A stretch of 64,000 nucleotides of DNA. It comes from Dehalococcoidia bacterium. Lineage in GTDB: Bacteria > Chloroflexota > Dehalococcoidia > Lucifugimonadales > Lucifugimonadaceae. The number at the start of each line of letters is the position of its first letter. Position 1 is the stretch's first letter. The notes under the pieces were generated by a model, which was not told the DNA's origin, made no database searches, and saw only the letters and a list, made by a program, of their open reading frames with translations. Below are positions 45,847 to 55,780 of this stretch, piece after piece. Location of the stretch: assembly GCA_009693115.1 (NCBI GenBank), contig SHXW01000009.1, forward strand, positions 3,508 through 67,507. The letters run 5' to 3'. Made by a program: the position numbers and the translations under genes.

Positions 45847-46206
45847 ATGGCATCCGCAACTTCCCGATTGGTGGGTATCAGCACAATCAACTTGCGCCGC
45901 ATAGCTAACCTGGTGCGCGGCAAGCAGGTGGACGAGGCCGTGACGACCCTGAAATTCATACCATCCTCGGCTGCGGTCGCGATGGGCAAACTCATCGAGT
46001 CGGCAACTGCGAACGCGCAGAACAATGACTTGAAGGACCGCGCTACGCTGAAGGTGATCAAAGTCACGGCCGACGAAGGGCCCAAGGTCAAACGAATGCG
46101 GCCCAAGGCGCGTGGCAGGGCTGGCGCTTTCAACAGGCCGACCAGCCACATCAAGGTGACCGTAGATGACTCCGCTGCATCAGCAGCGGCCGAAGGGGGC
46201 GCATAG
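45847..46206 (+). CDS. rplV: 50S ribosomal protein L22
   Basis: ...LRRIANLVRGKQVDEAVTTLKFIPSSAAVAMGKLIESATANA...RMRPKARGRAGAFNRPTSHIKV. Confidence 0.95.
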   Translation: MASATSRLVGISTINLRRIANLVRGKQVDEAVTTLKFIPSSAAVAMGKLIESATANAQNNDLKDRATLKVIKVTADEGPKVKRMRPKARGRAGAFNRPTSHIKVTVDDSAASAAAEGGA

Positions 46207-46929
46207 TTGGGCCACAAGACACACCCGATAGGCTTCCGCCTGGGCGTGATCCATGACTGGAGCGCTCATTGGTTCGCGGCCAAGGCGAAGGACTACAAGC
46301 GCATGACGCTTGAGGACCAGTCCATCCGCACTCTGATAATCGGCCGCTACGGCGAGTCAGGGTCGGTGTCGCGGATTGATATCGAGCGCGGCCCCCAGGA
46401 CTTGGTCGTGACAATCAACACGGCCCGGCCGGGGATCATCATCGGCCGCGGCGGCCAGCGCGTGGACGAGTTGCGCGGAGAGTTGGACAAGCTCACAGGC
46501 AAACGTTCCCGCCTGAACATCCAGGAGATCCGCCAGCCGGAGCTGGACGCCCTGCTCGTGGCCCGCAGCGTGGCCGAGCAGATCGTGCGCCGTGTGGCGT
46601 TCAGGCGCGCAATGCGTCTGTCCGTGCAGCGGACGATGCAATCCGGTGCGCTGGGGGTGAAGATCATCTGCTCGGGCCGCCTGGGAGGCGCTGAAATAGC
46701 CCGCAAGGACAAGGCGATGGAGGGGCGCATACCCCTGCACACGCTCCGCGCCGATATTGACTACGCGCATGCTGAGGCAGACACCACCTTCGGCAAGATA
46801 GGCGTCAAGTGCTGGGTGTACAAGGGCAACATATTGCCCACGGCGGCAAACCTACGCAGCAGATCACTGTCCCGTCTGAGCATCGGCCAGCCGGGCAAGA
46901 GTGCCCCGGCAGGCTCCGCCGGCCAGTAA
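46207..46929 (+). CDS. rpsC: 30S ribosomal protein S3
   Basis: The TTG start directly after the rplV stop gives (M)GHKTHPIGFRLGVIHDWSAHWFA. KH and S3-C domains (...GRLGGAEIAR...). Confidence 0.95.
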   Translation: MGHKTHPIGFRLGVIHDWSAHWFAAKAKDYKRMTLEDQSIRTLIIGRYGESGSVSRIDIERGPQDLVVTINTARPGIIIGRGGQRVDELRGELDKLTGKRSRLNIQEIRQPELDALLVARSVAEQIVRRVAFRRAMRLSVQRTMQSGALGVKIICSGRLGGAEIARKDKAMEGRIPLHTLRADIDYAHAEADTTFGKIGVKCWVYKGNILPTAANLRSRSLSRLSIGQPGKSAPAGSAGQ

Positions 46930-46941
46930 CGAGTAAGAAAC

Positions 46942-47361
46942 ATGCTTCAGCCATCCAGAACAAAATTCCGCAAGGATCACAAAGGCCGGAGGGGGGGACT
47001 GCGAGTCGCAGGCTCCACGCTAGCCTTCGGGGACTTCGCCCTCAAAGCAGAGAATGCGACCTGGCTCACATCGCGCCAGATCGAGGCGGCCAGGCGCGCC
47101 ATCACGAGCTACGTTAAGAGAGGCGGCCAGATCTGGATCCGCGTCTACCCTGACAAGCCCGTGTCTTCCCGCCCGGCCGAAACCCGCATGGGCGGTGGCA
47201 AGGGCGCCGTTGACCACTGGGTAGCAGTAGTCAGGCGCGGCCGGATACTCTTTGAGGTCGGGGACATTCCGGAAGAAGCTGCGCGCGCCGCGCTCAAGCT
47301 CGCTGCGGACAAGCTCCCCTGCAAGTCCCGGATCGTCACCCGGGCTGAAATGATGAAGTAG
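46942..47361 (+). CDS. rplP: 50S ribosomal protein L16
   Basis: [19 protein letters not shown]...[33 protein letters not shown]...RMGGGKG. Confidence 0.97.
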   Translation: MLQPSRTKFRKDHKGRRGGLRVAGSTLAFGDFALKAENATWLTSRQIEAARRAITSYVKRGGQIWIRVYPDKPVSSRPAETRMGGGKGAVDHWVAVVRRGRILFEVGDIPEEAARAALKLAADKLPCKSRIVTRAEMMK

Positions 47362-47368
47362 GCGATCT

Positions 47369-47596
47369 ATGCCAACAATGCGCATTACGGACATACGCGA
47401 GCTGGAGACCGGCCAGCTGCACAAGGAACTTAAGGAGCAGGAGCGGGCGCTCATGAACCTGCGCTTCCGCAAGGCCACGCTCCAGCTTTCGGACCCCAGC
47501 GAAATCAGGAAAACCCGGGAGACGGTTGCCCGGATCAGGACAGTAATCCGCGAACGCCAGATAACCGCGGAGATTAAGAAGAAGAGCAATGGTTAA
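47369..47596 (+). CDS. rpmC: 50S ribosomal protein L29
   Basis: ...IRELETGQLHKELKEQERALMNLRFRKATLQLSDPSEIRKTRETVARIRTV. Confidence 0.93.
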   Translation: MPTMRITDIRELETGQLHKELKEQERALMNLRFRKATLQLSDPSEIRKTRETVARIRTVIRERQITAEIKKKSNG

Positions 47597-47915
47597 TCAA
47601 GAGAAAACTGGCCGCAGGCGGCAGCAGACAGGGAAGGTCCTGAGCGCACGCAACATCCAGACAATCATCGTCGGGGTGGAGTGGTCGCTGCGCCACCTTC
47701 TATACAAGAAAAGCATCCGTCGCCTCACCAAATACGTCGCACATGACGAAAAGAGCGAGGCCAAGCTCGGTGACACTGTGCTCATTGAAGAAACACGCCC
47801 GCTTTCGGCAACCAAGCGCTGGAGGCTCATACAGGTGGTGCAGAAGGGCGAACTGTCTGACCTGAGCCCAGACGCCGCGGCCGCCGCCGTGCCCCAGGAG
47901 GCTGCCACGAGATGA
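47589..47915 (+). CDS. rpsQ: 30S ribosomal protein S17
   Basis: ...[18 protein letters not shown]...[19 protein letters not shown]...[20 protein letters not shown], plus a C-terminal tail of about 20 aa. Confidence 0.93.
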   Translation: MVNQEKTGRRRQQTGKVLSARNIQTIIVGVEWSLRHLLYKKSIRRLTKYVAHDEKSEAKLGDTVLIEETRPLSATKRWRLIQVVQKGELSDLSPDAAAAAVPQEAATR

Positions 47916-48280
47916 TCTCGCGCCAGACAAGGCTCGTCGTCGCGGACAACTCCGGTGCCCGCGAAGTGATGTGTGTGAACATCGCCGGAGGAACTGGACG
48001 CAAGTACGCATGGCTGGGAGACATAATCACCTGCGCTGTCAAGGACGCCACCCCCGGCGGCACGGTGAAGATGCACTCGGTTGTGAAGGCCGTCGTCGTC
48101 CGCACCGTGCGTGAACAGCGCCGAGCGGACGGCTCTTACATCAGGTTTGATGACAACGCGTGTGTGGTGATCGGGGAGGACCTGAACCCCGTCGGGACAC
48201 GCATCTTTGGCCCAGTGGCAAGGGAACTGCGCGAGCGTGACTTCATGCGCATCGTCTCCCTGGCCCCGGAAGTACTTTAG
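47912..48280 (+). CDS. rplN: 50S ribosomal protein L14
   Basis: [22 protein letters not shown]...[15 protein letters not shown]...[11 protein letters not shown]...[12 protein letters not shown]. Confidence 0.97.
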   Translation: MISRQTRLVVADNSGAREVMCVNIAGGTGRKYAWLGDIITCAVKDATPGGTVKMHSVVKAVVVRTVREQRRADGSYIRFDDNACVVIGEDLNPVGTRIFGPVARELRERDFMRIVSLAPEVL

Positions 48281-48287
48281 GAGACCA

Positions 48288-48315
48288 CTGGCCCTTTCCC
48301 ACGGGAGCGGGCCAG
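48288..48315 (+). repeat. hairpin in the rplN-rplX spacer
   Basis: CTGGCCC(48288-94)/GGGCCAG(48309-15) encloses a TCCC..GGGA inner pairing. It starts 8 nt after the rplN stop. Confidence 0.5.
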
Positions 48316-48331
48316 CGAGGACAAGGACATC

Positions 48332-48643
48332 ATGGCCGAACGAATCAAAAAGGGAGACTCCGTCATCGTGCTCTCCGGCCGCGACAAGGGCAAGAAGGGC
48401 ACGGTTGACCGCGTGCTCTCCAAGCACGATCGGGTCATTGTCACAGGCGTGAATATGATCACCCGCCACCTCAAACAGAGGCCCGGTGTAGCTCAGGCCG
48501 GACGCATCCAGGCCGAAGGCGCAATACACGCTTCGAAGGTGATGCTAGTGGACACAGACACCACCAAGCCAGGGCGGGTGGGCTGGAAGGTCCTTGAGGA
48601 CGGAACGAAGGTCCGAATGGTGAAGAGTGGCAAACGCAGCTGA
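48332..48643 (+). CDS. rplX: 50S ribosomal protein L24
   Basis: [25 protein letters not shown]...[17 protein letters not shown]... (KOW motif). Confidence 0.95.
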   Translation: MAERIKKGDSVIVLSGRDKGKKGTVDRVLSKHDRVIVTGVNMITRHLKQRPGVAQAGRIQAEGAIHASKVMLVDTDTTKPGRVGWKVLEDGTKVRMVKSGKRS

Positions 48644-49472
48644 CAACGAAGCCCCCAAGTCCGGGGCTCAAGAAAAACAGGCGAAGGCGCCCAGGGCGCC
48701 CAAACAGCCCGCGGAACCAAAGGAAGGCAAGGCCGCGCCCGCCGCGGCCACAAGCGCCAAGGCAGACGCCCAGGCTGCTGCCCCGGCCAGCGGTGAGAAA
48801 CCCGCGCGCCAGCAGGCACGGCCAGCCGGAGCCAAGGGTGGCCCGCGCGCCCCAGCGGCCAAAGCGGCGGCGGCGGTTGGAAGGCCGGCGAGGCCCGCCC
48901 AGCCAGCCAGACTTGAGACAATGTACAAGGCGCAGGTGGCGCAGGTGTTGAAGCGCGAGTTTGGCTACAAGAACCCCATGCAGGTGCCAAAGCTCCAGAA
49001 AATCTCGGTCAACATCGGCATGGGCGAAGCTCTAAAGTCGTCAGGGGCGATTGACGCCGCCCTGGGCGACGTGACGTTGATCACTGGTCAGAAGCCAGTG
49101 GTGACGAAGGCCCGCAAGGCCATCGCCAACTTCAACTTGCGCGAAGGTCAGGCGATCGGCGTCATGGTGACGCTACGCGGAGACCGAATGTGGCAGTTCC
49201 TGGACCGGCTGATCAGTGTGGCACTGCCCCGCATGCGAGACTTCCGGGGCCTGCCGAGAAGCGCGTTTGACGGCCGGGGCAACTACACCCTCGGCATCAA
49301 GGAACAGATCGTGTTCCCTGAGATTGACTACAACAAGGTTGACCGGATGCGGGGGATGCAGATCAACATGATCACTTCCGCCCGTACGGATGAAGAAGGG
49401 CGTCGGCTCCTGGAACTTCTGGGTATGCCCTTTGTTAAGCCTGACCAGAACTTGGCAGGCAGAAAAAACTAG
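48627..49472 (+). CDS. rplE: 50S ribosomal protein L5 with an Ala/Lys/Pro-rich N-terminal extension of about 93 aa
   Basis: The conserved core starts at [42 protein letters not shown]. The only in-frame start codons are GTG 48627 and ATG 48921. ATG 48921 would delete the conserved (A)RL(E) N-terminal residues. Confidence 0.85.
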   Translation: MANAADNEAPKSGAQEKQAKAPRAPKQPAEPKEGKAAPAAATSAKADAQAAAPASGEKPARQQARPAGAKGGPRAPAAKAAAAVGRPARPAQPARLETMYKAQVAQVLKREFGYKNPMQVPKLQKISVNIGMGEALKSSGAIDAALGDVTLITGQKPVVTKARKAIANFNLREGQAIGVMVTLRGDRMWQFLDRLISVALPRMRDFRGLPRSAFDGRGNYTLGIKEQIVFPEIDYNKVDRMRGMQINMITSARTDEEGRRLLELLGMPFVKPDQNLAGRKN

Positions 49473-49489
49473 CGGGAAGCGCCACTGTC

Positions 49490-49510
49490 CCCTCTCTCAT
49501 AAAGAGAGGG
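49490..49510 (+). repeat. hairpin repeat CCCTCTC-tcataaa-GAGAGGG in the rplE-rpsN spacer
   Basis: 7-bp stem and a near twin of 25993-26015. The 3' arm GAGAGGG is the only SD-like sequence just upstream of the possible GTG 49516 start of rpsN. Confidence 0.55.
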
Positions 49511-49533
49511 CTAGTGTGAGGGTTAGGTCAAAC

Positions 49534-49719
49534 TTGGCGAAAAAGTGCAAGATCGAAAAGTGGAAGCGCGAGCCTAAGTACAAGGTGCAGCAACACAATC
49601 GCTGCAACCGTTGCGGCAGACCGAGGGCGTACATACGCTTCGCCGGCATCTGCCGCATCTGCTTCCGGCAGCTAGCCCTCCGTGGCGAACTGCCTGGGGT
49701 GCGCAAGGGCAGCCTCTGA
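49534..49719 (+). CDS. rpsN: 30S ribosomal protein S14, zinc-binding type Z (61 aa)
   Basis: TTG 49534 gives (M)[60 protein letters not shown], colinear with 61-aa S14 type Z (CxxC...CxxC). GTG 49516 is an alternative start. The track ORF start 49390 overlaps rplE. Confidence 0.9.
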   Translation: MAKKCKIEKWKREPKYKVQQHNRCNRCGRPRAYIRFAGICRICFRQLALRGELPGVRKGSL

Positions 49720-49799
49720 ACAGACACGTCCCCGGGACTTCCGGGGGGTGAACCATCCCTGCGCGTCCTTGTGGATACGGCAGGGTGAGGGAACGACAA

Positions 49800-50198
49800 T
49801 TGCCAGTCAACGACCCAATAGCAGACATGCTGACCCGCATCCGCAACGCGGTGCAGGTCAAGCATGAGACAGTGGACATCCCAGCCTCAAAGGTAAAAGC
49901 CCCCCTCCTCAAGATCCTGAAGGGCGAGGGTTTCATCTCCGGCTACGAGGAAACTACACTAGACGGCAGGGCCGCCTTCAAAGTGACCCTCAAGTACTAT
50001 GCAGACCGTGAGTCGGCCATACATGGCCTGAAGCGCGTCAGCAAGCCAGGCTTGAGGGTGTATATCGGCAAGGGCGAAGTCCCGCGGTACTTCGGCGGCA
50101 TCGGAGTCGCATTCGTGTCCACGCCGAAGGGCATCCTAACCGGCAGCGAGGCCCGCAGGCAGGGCACTGGCGGCGAACTTCTCTTTTACATCTGGTAA
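49800..50198 (+). CDS. rpsH: 30S ribosomal protein S8
   Basis: TTG 49800 (GAGGGA 7 nt upstream) gives (M)PVNDPIADMLTRIRNA, the canonical N-terminus. GTG 49785 is an alternative. Confidence 0.93.
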   Translation: MPVNDPIADMLTRIRNAVQVKHETVDIPASKVKAPLLKILKGEGFISGYEETTLDGRAAFKVTLKYYADRESAIHGLKRVSKPGLRVYIGKGEVPRYFGGIGVAFVSTPKGILTGSEARRQGTGGELLFYIW

Positions 50199-50219
50199 CA
50201 AGGACGGGGAGCCAACGAA

Positions 50220-50780
50220 ATGTCTCGAATAGGCAAGCTGCCCGTCCCTGTCCCGGCGGGCGTGGAAGTGAAAGTTGACGGCGTGACCGTGACCGTCAAG
50301 GGCAAACTCGGGGAGATTAGGCGTTCCTTCGCGCCGTCTATCAAGATTGTGCCGGACGCGACGAAAAAGCAGATCGTGGTTGAGCGCGCCAGTGAACTTG
50401 CCACGGACAAGGCCTTGCACGGCCTAACTCGGACGCTTGTGGCGAATATGGTCAAGGGCGTCTCGACTGGTTTCTCGGTCAACCTGGACCTTATTGGGAC
50501 CGGTTACCGCGTTGAACAGAAGGGCAAGAGTGTGGTGATGCAGGTCGGGTTCTCGCACCCGGTGCCTGTGGATCCTCTCGGGTCAAACCTGCTCAAGGCA
50601 GAGACGCAGACTCGCCTGGTCGTCAGCGGTCCTGACAAGGAACTGGTGGGCCAGCAGGCAGCTCGTATCCGAATGGTCAAAAAGCCCAATGTTTATACAG
50701 GCAAGGGCATCAAGTATGAGACTGAAGTCATCCGCCGCAAGGCTGGAAAGACCGGTCCAGGCACAGGTTCATCAGCATGA
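50220..50780 (+). CDS. rplF: 50S ribosomal protein L6
   Basis: [32 protein letters not shown]...[10 protein letters not shown]...VGFSHPV...YTGKGIKYE. Confidence 0.97.
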   Translation: MSRIGKLPVPVPAGVEVKVDGVTVTVKGKLGEIRRSFAPSIKIVPDATKKQIVVERASELATDKALHGLTRTLVANMVKGVSTGFSVNLDLIGTGYRVEQKGKSVVMQVGFSHPVPVDPLGSNLLKAETQTRLVVSGPDKELVGQQAARIRMVKKPNVYTGKGIKYETEVIRRKAGKTGPGTGSSA

Positions 50781-51148
50781 GCGCAAGTAACGCACTTCGC
50801 GGCAGGACATTGAGGCACCAGCGCGTGCGCAAGAACGTAAGCGGCGTGCCGTCGCGGCCAAGGCTCTCCGTCTTCCGCAGTAGCAATAACATCTACGCGC
50901 AGATCATAGACGACACAGCGGGCCGCACTCTCGCCGCTGCCTCATCCTCTGAACTTGCCCTGAAGGGCAAGACAGCAGGCGAGGCCAAGGGCAAGACGGG
51001 AGAAGCTGTGGCGGTGGGCCAGGCTATAGCCAGGCGCGCCATCGAGGCAGGCATCAAACAGGTCGTATTCGACCGCGGTGGCTATAAATATCACGGCCGC
51101 GTCAAGGCGCTTGCAGAGGCGGCGCGTAAAGAAGGACTGGGCTTCTAA
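50777..51148 (+). CDS. rplR: 50S ribosomal protein L18
   Basis: ...[34 protein letters not shown]...[28 protein letters not shown]. Confidence 0.97.
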   Translation: MSASNALRGRTLRHQRVRKNVSGVPSRPRLSVFRSSNNIYAQIIDDTAGRTLAAASSSELALKGKTAGEAKGKTGEAVAVGQAIARRAIEAGIKQVVFDRGGYKYHGRVKALAEAARKEGLGF

Positions 51149-51796
51149 ATGACGACAGACAGGACACCCATGGCGCCTGATTCCGCAGGTTCGTCCGCAG
51201 CACAGCCGAGGGGCGGACGCGGCGGAGGCCGCGGGCGCGGCGGGGATCGTGGCGGTCCGGCAACAGGCGGAGACCGGCCACAGAGGCGTGAAAGGCGCGA
51301 CCGGCAGGAATCCCCGGATGAGTCCGGCCTGATCGAACGCGTCGTACAAATCCGCCGTGTGTCCAAGGTCACATCGGGCGGACGGCACCTGACATTCAAT
51401 GCCATGGTCGTGGTAGGCGACGGGCAGGGTAAGGTCGGCGCGAGCCTGGGCAAGGCCACCGCCGTGCCGGATGCCGTACGCAAGGGCACGCTTCAGGCGC
51501 GCAAAGCCATGAAGCCGTTCCAATTGAGCGGTACAACCATCCCCCACGAAGTTGTAGCCAAGTTCGGCGCCTCGATCGTGTTCCTCCGTCCCGCAATGCC
51601 GGGCACCGGCATCAAGGCCGGCGGCGGGATACGCCCTGTTCTAGAGGCGGCAGGAGTGCGTGACGTGCTGACCAAGGCGCACGGGGCACGCAGCATGATC
51701 AACTCTGTGAAGGCCACGCTGAAGGCCCTTGAGCAACTTCGAGACCCTAAAGCCTCGATTGCCCGACGCCGCGGCGAAAGCGCCCCGACCGCATAA
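51149..51796 (+). CDS. rpsE: 30S ribosomal protein S5 with an RGG-rich N-terminal extension of about 60 aa
   Basis: Core LIERVVQIRRVSKVTSGGRHLTFNAMVVVGDGQGKVG...GTGIKAGGGIRPVLEAAGVRDVLTK. It is preceded by ...AAQPRGGRGGGRGRGGDRGGPATGGDRPQRRERRDRQ. Confidence 0.95.
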   Translation: MTTDRTPMAPDSAGSSAAQPRGGRGGGRGRGGDRGGPATGGDRPQRRERRDRQESPDESGLIERVVQIRRVSKVTSGGRHLTFNAMVVVGDGQGKVGASLGKATAVPDAVRKGTLQARKAMKPFQLSGTTIPHEVVAKFGASIVFLRPAMPGTGIKAGGGIRPVLEAAGVRDVLTKAHGARSMINSVKATLKALEQLRDPKASIARRRGESAPTA

Positions 51797-51821
51797 TCTA
51801 ACCTGACTTGAGGTCGTTCAA

Positions 51822-52004
51822 ATGGCAAAGCTCCGTATAACACAGGTAAAAAGCGAAGTGAGCACGCTGCAGAACCAGCGCGCAACCCTCCGTACACTCG
51901 GCCTCCACGGGATCCACAAGAGCGTCGAGCGCGAGGACTCAGCGACGGTGCGCGGAATGATCACAACCGTGTTGCACCTGGTAAAAGTAGAAGAGATCAA
52001 GTAA
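51822..52004 (+). CDS. rpmD: 50S ribosomal protein L30
   Basis: [39 protein letters not shown]...[14 protein letters not shown]. Confidence 0.93.
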   Translation: MAKLRITQVKSEVSTLQNQRATLRTLGLHGIHKSVEREDSATVRGMITTVLHLVKVEEIK

Positions 52005-52128
52005 CCGTCCGGCACCCGGGACCCGGCTGGATGAAAGACAGCGGTTCCGTTCCCACCGGAATGACATCAACACCGCGGCTGCCTGACAACCGCGAAGTCA
52101 TCAGGCATAGAAACTGGATAGATACACC

Positions 52129-52752
52129 ATGCCAGGACTGCACATACTCAAACCCGCTGCCGGTTCCCGCAAGAACCGCCGTCGGCGCGGCCGCGGCGAT
52201 GCCGCCAACCAGGGCTCTTATTCCGGCCGCGGCGGCAAGGGCCAGCGCAAGCGCGGCTCCGTCCGCCTCCAGTTCGAAGGCGGTCAGCTTCCGCTTGTGA
52301 AGCGCCTGCCTTACATGCGCGGCTTCTTTAACCATTTCCGTGTCGCTTACACGGCCGTGAACCTGGAAAGCCTGAACGACTTCCCGACAGGCGTCGAGAT
52401 CACCCCGGACACACTGCGCGCCGCTGGTCTCGTGGCTAAGTGGGATGACCGTGTCAAACTCCTGGGCGACGGCGAAGTCAGCAGGGCCTTCAAGATCACT
52501 GTCCACGCAGCGAGCAAGTCTGCGCGCCAGAAGGTGGAAGCCGCTGGAGGGTCGGTGACTGTCCTCGACCAGCCCCATTCGGAGAAGACTCCGCGCAAGT
52601 TGAAGGTAAAGAAGGCCGCGCCACGGGCGGCCCCGGTCGCCGAGGCGAAGCCCGACGCCGGTGCGGAAGCCAAGCCCGCTGCGAAGGCCGAGGCGAAACC
52701 AGCTGCGAAGGCCGAGGCCAAACTGGCTCCGAAGAAGGCTGACAAGAAGTGA
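52129..52752 (+). CDS. rplO: 50S ribosomal protein L15 with an Ala/Lys/Pro/Glu-rich C-terminal extension of about 60 aa
   Basis: LHILKPAAGSRKNRRRRGRGDAANQGSYSGRGGKGQRKR...FEGGQLPLVKRLP...; tail ...AEAKPAAKAEAKPAAKAEAKLAPKKADKK. Confidence 0.95.
   Translation: MPGLHILKPAAGSRKNRRRRGRGDAANQGSYSGRGGKGQRKRGSVRLQFEGGQLPLVKRLPYMRGFFNHFRVAYTAVNLESLNDFPTGVEITPDTLRAAGLVAKWDDRVKLLGDGEVSRAFKITVHAASKSARQKVEAAGGSVTVLDQPHSEKTPRKLKVKKAAPRAAPVAEAKPDAGAEAKPAAKAEAKPAAKAEAKLAPKKADKK
52678..52725 (+). repeat. 24-bp in-frame tandem duplication in the rplO tail
   Basis: gctgcgaaggccgaggcgaaacca / gctgcgaaggccgaggccaaactg (AAKAEAKP / AAKAEAKL), with more diverged copies upstream. Confidence 0.85.
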
Positions 52753-54110
52753 CCACGAGGGTAGAGCCCCAGCGCGTAGAGTCAACGCGGCCCGCTCTCC
52801 TGCAGGCCGTCATTGACGCCATGCGGATACCGGATCTCCGGTTCCGCATCCTCTTCACGCTTGGCATCCTCATTGTTTTCCGGTTCATGGCGCACGTCCC
52901 TGTGCCGGGAGTAAACCGTGAAGCGCTTCAGGCCGCCTTCGATGCCAACCCGGTGCTCGGCTTTCTGGACATCTTCTCTGGCGGCGCCCTCCGTAACCTC
53001 AGCGTGGTTGCACTTGGCGTCTACCCATACATCACAGCCTCGATCATCGTTCAGGTTCTAACGCCAGTCGTACCGCACCTCAAGGCATTGGGTCAGGAGG
53101 GCGAGTTCGGCCGGCAGAAGATGAACCAGTACACGCATTACCTGACCGTACCCATCGCCTTTTTGCAGGCATGGGCCCAGCTCAACCTGTTCTCGGGAGC
53201 ATTTGGGACAGGCGACCAGGCCATTCAAGGCTTCGGGTTCAGCAGTAATTTCCTGAACACCCTCACCATTCTGCTCACGATGACAGCGGGAACCGTTGTG
53301 CTGGTGTGGATGGGTGAGTTGATCACGGAAAAGGGCATCGGCAACGGCGTGTCCATCATAATTTTCGGTGGCATCGTGGCCAACATGCCCAACATCGCCG
53401 GGCAGATATGGCTCTTGCGCGACCAGGTTTTCCAGGTTTCGATGCTCATTGCCTTCGGCCTGTTGATCATCTACATGATTGTGGTGTTCACTGAGGCGCA
53501 ACGACGTATCCCCGTCCAATATGGGCGCTCCGTCTTCAGGGGCGGGCGCATGTACCGACAGGCTGGCTCGACACACATCCCGCTGCGGGTTAATTCAGCC
53601 GGTATGATCCCGCTAATCTTCGCCTTCTCAATCCTGATACTGCCATCCACGATAGCGAGCTACCTCCGCAGCCCCGGGAGCGACAGTTTCCTGTCCAAGC
53701 TGACTGACTTCTTCGCTAACACGCTCGGACCGCAGGGCAACGCCTACTGGGGACTGGCATTCGTCCTGGTGTTGGGCTTCTCCTTCTTCTACACACTTGT
53801 CGTTTTCAATCAGCAGAACCTGGCCGAGAACCTGCAGAAAAACGGCGGCTTCGTCCCCGGCATCCGCCCGGGCAAGCCGACGCACGACTACTTGATGCGG
53901 GTCATATTCAGGATCACATGGGCGGGCGCCATATTCCTGGCGTTGATCGCCATCATGCCTTTCATAATCGGCAAGGCAACCAACTTGCAGGCCGCCACAA
54001 CTCTCATCAGCAGCACGAGCCTGCTCATCATGGTGGGAGTGGCGCTGGACACCATGCGCCAGCTGGAGGCTCAACTCCTGATGCGAAACTACGAGGGCTT
54101 TGTCCGTTAG
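52749..54110 (+). CDS. secY: preprotein translocase subunit SecY
   Basis: ...IPDLRFRILFTLGILIVFRFMAHVPVPGV..., GALRNLSVVALGVYPYITASIIVQ, ten hydrophobic segments. The GTG start overlaps the rplO stop (GTGA). Confidence 0.95.
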   Translation: MTTRVEPQRVESTRPALLQAVIDAMRIPDLRFRILFTLGILIVFRFMAHVPVPGVNREALQAAFDANPVLGFLDIFSGGALRNLSVVALGVYPYITASIIVQVLTPVVPHLKALGQEGEFGRQKMNQYTHYLTVPIAFLQAWAQLNLFSGAFGTGDQAIQGFGFSSNFLNTLTILLTMTAGTVVLVWMGELITEKGIGNGVSIIIFGGIVANMPNIAGQIWLLRDQVFQVSMLIAFGLLIIYMIVVFTEAQRRIPVQYGRSVFRGGRMYRQAGSTHIPLRVNSAGMIPLIFAFSILILPSTIASYLRSPGSDSFLSKLTDFFANTLGPQGNAYWGLAFVLVLGFSFFYTLVVFNQQNLAENLQKNGGFVPGIRPGKPTHDYLMRVIFRITWAGAIFLALIAIMPFIIGKATNLQAATTLISSTSLLIMVGVALDTMRQLEAQLLMRNYEGFVR

Positions 54111-54199
54111 CGCCTCGCCCGGACCGTGGCCCGCTCTGTTCACCCCTTTCGGGGGAAGGCCGGGACTCTGGGACGGCACAATTTCAGGAGCCTTCAAAC

Positions 54200-54832
54200 A
54201 TGCGCATCATCCTCCTTGGCCCGCCCGGCGCGGGTAAGGGCACTCAGGCTGCACGGCTTGCCCAGGGACAGAAGCTGGCCCATATCTCCACCGGCGATAT
54301 GCTGCGAGCGGAAGTCTCGGGCGGCACCGAACTTGGCAAACTCGCCAAAAATTACATGGACCGCGGAGATCTGGTACCCGACGAAGTAATCATTGGCATG
54401 ATCCAGGGCCGGCTCAAAGACGGGTCCGGAGTGATCCTGGACGGATTCCCACGAACCATCGCCCAGGCGCAGGCGCTTGACAAGGCGCTCACAGTAGCCG
54501 GGACGAGGGTTGACAGGGTCGTATATTTCAAAGTGGAGAATGAAGAGTTAGTTAAACGTCTTTCCGGCCGGGCCACCTGCTCCGGCTGCCAGTCCCCGTA
54601 CAACCTGAGCACCGCTCCTCCAAAGAAACCAGGGGTGTGCGACAGGTGCGGTGGCAAGCTTGCACAGCGGCCCGACGACCAGCCCGACGCGGTGCGGCGC
54701 AGGTTGATGGTGTATGAAGAACAGACCGCCCCCGTGCTGGACTACTATCGCAAGACGGGCAAGGTCAAGGAAATCAATGCAGTGGGCGCGTTGGATGAAG
54801 TGTATGGGCGGCTTGCAGCAGCAGTGAAATAG
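54200..54832 (+). CDS. adk: adenylate kinase (Cys4 zinc lid)
   Basis: MRIILLGPPGAGKGTQA...ISTGDMLR...; lid CSGCQSPYN...CDRCGGKLAQRPDD. The track ORF start 53918 overlaps secY. Confidence 0.95.
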   Translation: MRIILLGPPGAGKGTQAARLAQGQKLAHISTGDMLRAEVSGGTELGKLAKNYMDRGDLVPDEVIIGMIQGRLKDGSGVILDGFPRTIAQAQALDKALTVAGTRVDRVVYFKVENEELVKRLSGRATCSGCQSPYNLSTAPPKKPGVCDRCGGKLAQRPDDQPDAVRRRLMVYEEQTAPVLDYYRKTGKVKEINAVGALDEVYGRLAAAVK

Positions 54833-54924
54833 AGCAGCCCAACTCGCTTCCGGACAAGGGAGCGGGAACGGGCCGAAAAAGCGGTACGAGACTTCCGTCA
54901 GACTTTGGTTATAATTACGAGGTT

Positions 54925-55740
54925 GTGGTCCGATTGAGCGGTAAGGCTGCCCCCCGGTTGATCGCAGAACATTCCCCGGCTCTCGGGGCGACTATCAAGT
55001 CGCCGCGGGAGTTGGACTCTATGCGCGCAGCAGGCAAAGTCGTGGCCCTGACCATGAAGGCCGTCCTCGGGGCGCTGGGGCCGGGAGTGACCACAAAGGA
55101 ACTGGACCGGGTAGCGCGCCGGGAGATCAAGGCACTGGGAGCGAAACCATCATTCCTCGGGTATCCGGGACCGTATCCCTACCCGGCTGTGATCTGTGTA
55201 TCGCTTAATGAAGAGATCGTCCATGGCATCCCGGGAGACCGGGTAATCCGTGACGGGGACCTCGTGAAGATAGACGCCGGGGCGATAGTGGACGGCTTCC
55301 ACGGAGATCACGCAATCTCTGTAGTGGTCGGCGCTGCCACCACCGAAATGCTAGCTCTGGTGAAAGTCACTCGCGAGGCTCTGGAGAACGGGATCAGGGC
55401 AGTCCGGCCTGGCAACAGGATCGGAGACATCTCTGCCGCTGTGGAGGGCCACGTAAGGCCCCACGGTTATGAGTTGGTCAAAGAGTACGTGGGCCACGGA
55501 ATAGGCCGCAAACTTCACGAACCGCCTCAGGTACCGAATATTGGCCCGGCAGGTCAGGGCGCCCGCCTGGTAACAGGCATGACCCTGGCGATAGAACCGA
55601 TGGTGAACCTGGGAGGCTGGAAGACCAGGATATTGGCGGACGAGTGGACAGTCGTGACGATGGACGGGAGTCTGTCAGCACACTTTGAACACACGGTGGC
55701 CGTCACGGACGATGGACCTGAAGTCCTGACAGTTGCATGA
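54925..55740 (+). CDS. map: type I methionine aminopeptidase
   Basis: IKSPRELDSMRAAGKVVA..., ...VHGIPGDRVIRDGDLVKIDAG..., GHGIGRKLHEPPQVPN, ...EHTVAVT. The start is uncertain (GTG 54925, TTG 54934 or TTG 54958). Confidence 0.9.
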   Translation: MVRLSGKAAPRLIAEHSPALGATIKSPRELDSMRAAGKVVALTMKAVLGALGPGVTTKELDRVARREIKALGAKPSFLGYPGPYPYPAVICVSLNEEIVHGIPGDRVIRDGDLVKIDAGAIVDGFHGDHAISVVVGAATTEMLALVKVTREALENGIRAVRPGNRIGDISAAVEGHVRPHGYELVKEYVGHGIGRKLHEPPQVPNIGPAGQGARLVTGMTLAIEPMVNLGGWKTRILADEWTVVTMDGSLSAHFEHTVAVTDDGPEVLTVA

Positions 55741-55780
55741 CCTGAAAGACGGCGGCTAGCAAGCCGTGCCCGGAGCGTGA

